Assembly (NCBI RefSeq): GCF_009914755.1
Contig: NC_060930.1
Length of the DNA: 64,000 bases
Strand: one strand, 5' to 3'
DNA from: the human T2T-CHM13v2.0 reference genome, Homo sapiens
Shown here: piece after piece, positions 53,100 through 64,000 of the stretch
How the letters are laid out: each line of letters starts with the position of its first letter
How positions within the stretch are numbered: the first letter of the stretch is position 1
Notes under the pieces: model-generated
What the model saw: only the letters and a program-made list of their open reading frames with translations
The model's database searches: none
What the model was told of the DNA's origin: nothing
Made by a program: the position numbers and the translations under genes

Positions 53100-53590
53100 C
53101 AGATGAATCCAGGCTCTTCTTATATACTTCTGGAGATGGGAAAGTCACCCCCTCTCACAGCCTGTTCCATTCCTGGTCAGTTCTGACCACTAGAACATTC
53201 CTTGACCTACTGAGCTGAAACCTTCCTTCCTGGAGCCTCTACCCACTGGTCCGGTCCTGTTTTCTGGGTAGTGGGGCCTCTACCCGCTGATCCTGGTCCT
53301 ATTGCCTGTTTAGGGGCAATACGGGACCCCTAATGATCTTAGTCATCCTTTCCTAAATAAGTTCCAGTTCATCAGTGTCTCTCTAGAGTGTAAATGCAGT
53401 GCCCCAGGATCCAACTTGATAATCAGATAGCAGAGGGAACATGATCTCCCAAGTGCTGGACATTCCATTCATACAGCCTAAGGTAGAGTTGGGCTTTTTT
53501 CAAAATTGAATCACACAGTTGATTCATGAGTTTAGAGCCAACTTAAACCACGGTTTTCTCTTGTGAACCATGGTTAACTGCCATTGGTCT
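53100..53590 (-). mobile_element. L3/CR1 LINE remnant
   Basis: 'ggagatgggaaagtcaccccctctcacagcctgttccattcctggtcagttctgaccactagaacattcc...gagctgaaacc' resembles the L3 3' region. Confidence 0.55.
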
Positions 53591-53594
53591 CAGC

Positions 53595-53778
53595 AGTTTT
53601 CACTATGAGACATCCCATTGTATGTTCGTTTGCTTATTGTCTGTCTCTAGATATTGCTAGAATGTAAGCTATAGGAGGGCAGGGTTGTTGGCTTGTTCTG
53701 AATCCCCAACACCTAGAACAAACAAGTCTTGGCACATAGTAGACATTCAATAAATACATGTTGAGCAAATAAATAACT
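53595..53778 (-). mobile_element. L2 terminal fragment
   Basis: 'ctagaatgtaagctataggagggcaggg...ggcacatagtagacattcaataaatacatgttgagcaaat'. Confidence 0.7.
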
Positions 53779-54035
53779 GTTAAGCCACATCTCACCTATC
53801 CTGTATTTCTATAATTTATTTGTAATTCACACCCAGTCTTCTAACAAGAGAGGTTTGAGGTGATTGCTTTGCAGAATCCTTTTGTTAACTTCAGAATAAA
53901 CTTTGTTCTTGTTGAATTTTATATTGTTAAATTTTCATCATTAGTTCAGCCTATTGAGATCTAATTTCTGGCTCTCTCAATCTACATTTCAGCAGTCCCT
54001 TCCAGCGCCAAGCCATTCATTCAAGAATGACTCAG

Positions 54036-54652
<617 letters not shown>

Positions 54653-55766
54653 GCCTCCCTGTCTCCAGAATGGCAACAATATATTAACTCCCTTAGTGTA
54701 TAGTCTTTCAATCAGTAAAACAAAACAAAATGCCATTAACAACTCTATTTCAAAGAATATATTAATGGCATTGGAAAATGCTCATCCTATATACATACCA
54801 GGTCAGTGGGGGATACAAAACTGTAACACAGCACATGATCCCAGTTACAGGAAAATAGTTGTCTACATAGAAATAAGATGGGAAGGAGCTGGGCATGGTG
54901 GCTTATGCCTGTAATCCCAGCACTGGGAGGCTGAGGTTGGGGGATGGCCTGAGCCCCGAAGTTTGAGGCTTCATTGAGCTATGATCAAGCCACTGCACTC
55001 CAGCTTGGGTGACAGACTAGAAGGAAATATACCAAAATGTTAACAGTGATTATTTCTGAGTAGTGGTTCATTTTCATTTTATTCATTATATTTTTCAAAA
55101 TCTCTTATTATAATAAGCAAGTATTTCCAACATATATACTTGTTATCCTTGTTATTATACCATCATCTGGATCACTCAGCCATACATATCTTCACTAAGG
55201 CAGTGAGAACCCAGGTGACACCTTCCTGAAATTGATCCTGCCCTCAAAAAGTTTCTAGTCAATATCAATAGCAAATATACATGTACATGCACAAACACAC
55301 ACGTATTCATTTTAATCCTACAACAATCCTTCCATTTCTATCTTCATATTCTAGATGAAGAAACTGAGGCTCAAAGAGGTTAAAAGAACTTGCTCAAGGT
55401 CATACATCTAGCATGAATCTGGGCCAGGATTTTAAACCCAGGCAGTCCAGCTCCAGAAAGGAAACCCTTAACCACTCTGCCATGCATGTAAACTCAAAGT
55501 AGCGCCACCCAAGGATTGATGATTCTGAGTGAGTGGTGGGGGCTGTAACAGGAGGCAGGGGAGTCGACATTAGCTGAATGAGGACTATGTGACAAGTGCT
55601 TGATATACATTACCTCATTCAGGTCCTGCAACTACCCTTGCAAAAAAATATTTTATTTTAAAAAAAAGTTATGGCCAGGCACAGTGGCTCACGCCTGTAA
55701 TCCCAGCACTTTGGGAAGCCAAGGTGGGCAGATCACGAGGTCAGGAGATGGAGGTCATCCTGGCTA

Positions 55767-56578
<812 letters not shown>

Positions 56579-58189
56579 AAAAAGATATTATTTTCATCTT
56601 TGTGTTATAAATGAGGAAATTGAGATTCAGACAGGGGTTTGAATCTCTGCTGTGATAATTCAAGTTTACTAATATCTCTGTCCTTCAGTTTCCTCCTCTA
56701 CAACATGGGATAATAATAGCTCCTACCTCACTGACAGTTGGGAAGTATTAGTGAGAAAGTAGACTCACAACACTCAACACGGTGCCTAGCATATGGTAAA
56801 TGCTTGATAAATGTTAGCTGCTATTACTATTACTTTTTTTTTTTTTTTTTTTGAGACGGAGTTATTGCCCAGGCTGGAGTGCACTGGCGCCATCTCGGCT
56901 CACTGCAACCTCCAGCTCCCAGGTTCAAGCAATCTCCCACCTCAGCCTCCCGAGTAGCTGGGATTACAGGCACCCGCCATCATGCCCGGCTAATTTTTGT
57001 ATTTTTAGTAGAGACAGGGTTTTACCATGTTGGCTAGGCTGGTCTTGAACTCCTGACCTCAAGTTATCCAACCACCATGGCCTTCCAAAGTGCTGGGATT
57101 ACAGGTGTGAGCCACCACAACCAGTCTATTACTATTCTTGATTCCAAAGTTCACACTCTCAACTACAACATAATGACCTGCTAAGTGGGCAAAGGAGAAA
57201 AATTAATTCTGAATGATGCCATGGGGAAACGTTAGATAAATGAGTGGAGTCACAGAGGAGTGACGTCTGAAGGGGCCTTGATACAGCAGCATCTCACCCG
57301 GCAGAGGAGGGCAGGGGCACGTCCTGGAAGTACAGAGGGACAAGGTCTGTTTCTGTCCCTTGCCCTGGCCCTCCCCCACACAGCATCCTGCAGGTCTCCA
57401 CCTCTGTCCCTCACTGTGCCCTGCCAGTACTCCCGCCTGCAGTGCCCATGGTCCCCTGCCTCAGCTGTCTCCCTAATCAGGGGCCCACAGCCTCTCCAGC
57501 AGGGAGTGGGAGCCCCTGGCACTTGGGGCCTGGGAGGGCCCCTGGTAAACAGCTGGAGCTCTTGTTCACAGAATCTGTCATCTCTAAAGGAAAAGCAGAA
57601 ACAAACCACAGAACCAGGGGAGCTGGCTGATAATGAGTCACATTGCTGCTGGCAGTTCTCCACTCAGTCCTCTGGCCTCTGCATCTGGGACTTCTTGCTT
57701 GTCCTTCAAGATCCACTGCAAAAATGTCTTGTCTCCACAAAGGCTTCCTTGACTGCATCCCCAGCCACCCCACACCCTGCAAGCTTCCATTGCATCCAGC
57801 ACAAGATCCACTACTGCCATGTATTGCACTAAGTGGAAACTGGTCAGGTTGTGGGGTCCCAATCAGCCTGTGAGCTTCAGAAGGCAGGCATTGTGTCTCA
57901 TGGACCTAGCCCAAAACAGAAGTGTCTATGGAAATAGTGCGATGACCTGAGTAAAATATGGGTGGAATGTGACATAGGCATTTAAGAAATCTATATATTG
58001 ACATACAAAAAACAGTTTATTAAAAGGTTGTGTAGGTAGAAGGCAAAGGCTGGAAATTTTAACTTTTTCCAAAATAATAATTAACATTTTATATTTTAGC
58101 AACAAAATGTGGCCGGGTGTGGTGGCTCACACCTGTAATCCCGGCACTTTGGGAGGCCGAGGCAGGCGGATCACGAGGTCAGGAGATCA

Positions 58190-58756
<567 letters not shown>

Positions 58757-59022
58757 CTGAGAGGCCATTTTTGTTTAACTTGAGAGATCTCAGAAAAATG
58801 CCTTTTCCTTTAGTTTTATATACCTGACACAAAATTGAAAAAGCTATCTCCAGTCGGGCCTGGTGGCTCACTCCTGTAATCCCAGCACTTTGGGAGGCTG
58901 AGGCAGGCAGATCACCTGAGGTCGGGAGTTTGAGACCAGCCTGACCAACATGGAGAAACCCCATCTCTACTAAAAATACAAAATTAACCAGGTATGGTGG
59001 CACATGCCTGTAATCCCAGCTA

Positions 59023-59196
<174 letters not shown>

Positions 59197-59399
59197 CTAA
59201 ATATTAAATGTTAAGGTTTTCAACTCATTTTGATTAATCAATGGAACATTTCAGTCATGTTCTAAAATACACAAATTAGATATTCTTGTGTTTTGGGGCA
59301 AACTACTCCATATTTTCTATCAGTTGTTATAAAATTGCAATCTATAAATAAGTATATCATCAATGGTATGGATTCAGTTTGTATAATGTCAGATACTTA

Positions 59400-59839
<440 letters not shown>

Positions 59840-60299
59840 TTAAAAGAATGAAACTATCAGTGAGTTTGTAGGCACAGAAAAAAAGGTTCAGAAGGACATC
59901 TAGTAACCCTTAACACTGATTTTCCCTGAGGGATAGGACTTAATGATTGGGGCGGAATTTAAACTTTTATTTTCTTCCTATTTGTAATGTGTTTTTACAA
60001 TAAGGAAGTTTGTTTTATATTTATAATTACAATTTTTACTATTTAGTTTAAAAGTTAAATCTAAAAATTAACAATTTTTAAATTAATAAAGATGTAAGAC
60101 TAGAAGGAAATCACAAAATGTAAACCAGGGCTGTCTTTGGGTGATAAGAACTATGGGTGATTTTTCTAACTTTTTCCTATTTTCCATATTGTCCAAATTC
60201 CTAAAAATAATCATCTTATAATTTTTTTAAAAACCTTGCCGGGAGCGGTGGCTCACGCCTGTAATCCCAGCACTTTGGGAGGCCGAGGCGGGCGGATCA

Positions 60300-60587
<288 letters not shown>

Positions 60588-60964
60588 CTAGCCCTTCTTG
60601 GCGCCTGCAACTGACCCAACATGCAGAAGGTTCTTGGCTCTCTCTCTGTCCTCCCTTGCTCCACTGTGTTGATCAGGTCCCCGGAAGGACTCTGTATGGT
60701 TCCAGCCTTCATCCACATGCCCTCCCCAGATCTAGACACTTGGGATGATGGTGAGGGGCTGAAGCAAGAATCCCTGGCCTTGCCAGGATGGTCATGGCTC
60801 CCACCCTGCCCTTGCCTTGCATCCCAGCCCTCCAAACTCTACCAGTTAACCTCTAAAGACCACTCGGCTCTCCGGGAAGCCTTCCCCTCACCCGTAGCCT
60901 CCCCTACTCCCCTTCTCTCAGAATTCCCACAGCACAGAGAGCCTGCACTCCAAGACTTCATGAG

Positions 60965-61570
<606 letters not shown>

Positions 61571-61704
61571 ATTTGCCACCTTCTGTTCTGTTTCCCCTCA
61601 CTCATTTGTTGGACCAACTTTTCCTAAGAGAATATCCTACAGAGTGATGGGCACTGCTGGAGAAACACGGACGGGCCCAAAGGCACAGAGCAGTCATCCT
61701 TCAC

Positions 61705-62150
61705 ATGTGCTGAATGAATGAGAGAAGGGTGGAAACCAATGAGACACAGAACCTGTCCTCAAAGAGCTCCTAGTCTAGTAAGGACAATAATAGGTGTTGT
61801 TATCCACACATAATACACACTAGGAAACACCACCCAGGAGGCAGGGTATGTGGGAGGAGGAACTGGGTGGATTTAAACTGGGCTTTGAAGACTGGTCAAG
61901 TTTGGATGGAGAGAGGAGGATAAAGGGCATTCCAGGAAGGGGGACAGTGTGCACAAAGCAATGGAAGCAGGAACACCCCAGGATCTATTAGATCTAGCTA
62001 GCAGGGAGAGGGTTATAAAGATTCACTGTGGGTAAAGGCCTGGAAAGGTGAGTTGAGCCCAGATCCTAGGAGAACAGAACACCAACAGAAGGTGAATTTG
62101 ATTTTGCAGGCCTTGGGAAGCCTCTAACAGTCTCTGAGCTTTAGAAATGT
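61705..62150 (+). mobile_element. L2 fragments
   Basis: 'ctgtcctcaaagagctcctagtctag', 'aactgggctttgaagactgg' and 'gggcattccaggaagggggacagtgtgcacaaagc'. Confidence 0.55.
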
Positions 62151-63225
62151 ACAGTAATCCAGGTGGGTGCCCATAAAGGGCTGAAGGAGGCTGGCAGCCA
62201 CAGGGAAGAGAGACGGAGAAGAAATTCCAAGCTTTGTTACCACCTTGCTAGCTTAAAGGAAGCAAGCATCACATATTAAGTGCTGACCATGGGGAAATCA
62301 CTGCTCTGTCTTTAATCCTTGAAACAGTCGTGTGAGATGAGACAGTATGATCTCAATTTGCAGATTGAGTTCCACAAGGCTGAAGTTTGCCCATGATTCT
62401 GCTGGGAGAGATCCACGATCATCTTGCCAGGAAACAGTTCCAAGGATCCGAATCCAAGTTGGCCTGAATCCACAGGCCAAAGCACCCTCACTTTCTCCTA
62501 TAATGTCTTTCATATTTACCAGTATCTAGCACTATGATGGTTCAGTACACACTGGAATGAGTGAATGAAGAAATGAATGAACAAATGATTGGATCCCAGG
62601 TTGGTAAAGAAAACCTCTCAGCACACACAAAAAGGGTGGAGGATGGAGGCGGGGAGGAGATGTAAGAATAAATGGAAAATAAAACAAACAATCGTTGTAT
62701 TACCACTTCCTCTGGGGCTGGGTCATGGTTTTTAACGGTGTGCAGCGGGCACATCCAGTGTGGTACAGGCACATCCACAAAGAGAAACAAAGAGCTATTT
62801 ATTTACTTCCTTTGAGGGGTAAATAAAGATCAGGTCAAAACAGGCTCCCCCCAACCGCCAGGGGGTCTTCCCCAGGTGTTGATGCAGCACTTGGCCTGGA
62901 GCAGTCACAGGTGGCCTCTGCTTGTGTGTCATCCCGCCTTCCTTTACACATGCGTGGGTCTGGCTCGCAAGGGAGGCCCCATGTGCAGTGGGGAAGTAGC
63001 GTAAGGGGAAAGGTGGCAGGGCAGGGCTTCCTCACCCCTCCGCCAGTGCAGCCAGGGCAGCAACATTTATACCACCAGGAGAGAGATGGGAGAGTCAACA
63101 AGTGGGATGGCGCTGGCCTAAGAGCTGGCTCGGGGTGCTGGAGGCCCCATGCTGGGCCAGGCAGTAGATATGCAGATGGCTGCATCTTGTGGGGATAGGA
63201 CTAAGAGGGGGACCATGTACGGGTA

Positions 63226-63858
63226 CAGCCAATCCCCATTATTCATGGAGTCTGTATTTGTGAATTTGCCTCCTTGCTAAAATTTGTGACCCTGAAATCA
63301 ATACTTGAGGTGCTTTGTCATCTTTCACTGACATGCGCAAAGCCATGAAAAATTTGAGTCACCCAACATGCATGTTCCTGGCTGAGGTGGGACAGGGCAG
63401 TGCTCTGCCTGTTTCAGCTCTCGTAATGTAAACAAGTGTCCTTGTCACAGTCTACTTAGTGCCACCTTTTCTGCATTGCTGGGTTTTTTGTTGATTTCGC
63501 TGTTTGAAATGGCCCCCGAGCCTAGGGCTGACGTGCTGGCGAATGTTTCTAAGTACAAGATGACTGTATGCGCCTTACAGAGAAAATACATTAGATCAGG
63601 TTTGTTTGGGCATGAAGTATCGTGCTGTGGGGCATGAGTTCAATGTTAATGAGTTAACTATATATTCAATAAGGTGTCTTCAAACAGAAACACACAGAAA
63701 ACAAAGTTATGTATTGATTAGTTGATGAAAGTCTTGTGACCAGTGGCTCACAGAAACCTAACCCTGTATTTCCCCTAGGAGCAATGGGCCAGTGTTCACC
63801 AGTTTGGTGTTCGTGGTGACTGTACAGAATATAACTGGTGAGAATAGCGAGAACTGGT
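63226..63858 (+). mobile_element. MER82 (TcMar-Tigger) DNA transposon
   Basis: 'attattcatggagtctgtatttgtgaatttgcc...aaaaatttgagtcacccaacatgcatgttcctggctgagg...gaatagcgagaactg' matches the recalled MER82 consensus. Confidence 0.8.
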
Positions 63859-64000
63859 AGTATTTAAATATTATAATAACTAGGGTAGCCGTATCCTTTG
63901 GGTACCTGTGAATGCCAGTCTGTATCTACTCATCCATCCGCCATCTATCATCTATTAAACACCCACTAAGTACAAAATCCAACACTAAAAGCAAAAAATA

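Noticed and set aside
53230-53305. Short direct repeat gcctctaccc.ctg.tcc
   Set aside because: This is an ordinary small tandem duplication within an L3 remnant.
57260-57832. 190-aa ORF and overlapping antisense ORFs
   Set aside because: The start is non-ATG, there is no recognisable domain, and ORFs on both strands are typical of GC-rich non-coding DNA.

Overview
This is primate (human-like) genomic DNA, very rich in Alus. I see no intact protein-coding gene, CpG island or tRNA/rRNA. Nearly every ORF in the track is a translation of Alu, L1 or microsatellite sequence. The background is old repeats (L1M, L2, L3/CR1, MIR, and the DNA transposons MER5, Zaphod, Tigger3a, MER44, MER82) overlaid by roughly a hundred Alu copies or fragments. 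Four structures stand out. (1) A ~5.3-kb minus-strand chimeric retrocopy (23638-28895) fuses a spliced SPATA17 mRNA directly to the 3' part of an L1MA. It sits inside one degenerate target-site duplication within a host L1MC. (2) A full-length U6 snRNA is fused to a 5'-truncated AluY inside one TSD (58434-58756). (3) A ~2.3-2.6-kb post-insertional inversion has breakpoints in or next to Alus (~31330-34210). (4) Three locally templated copies, of 20 bp, ~100 bp and ~185 bp, were taken from sequence 1.4-2.9 kb away. Gene and repeat family identifications come from recalled consensus sequences, not from a database search. Repeat boundaries are approximate.
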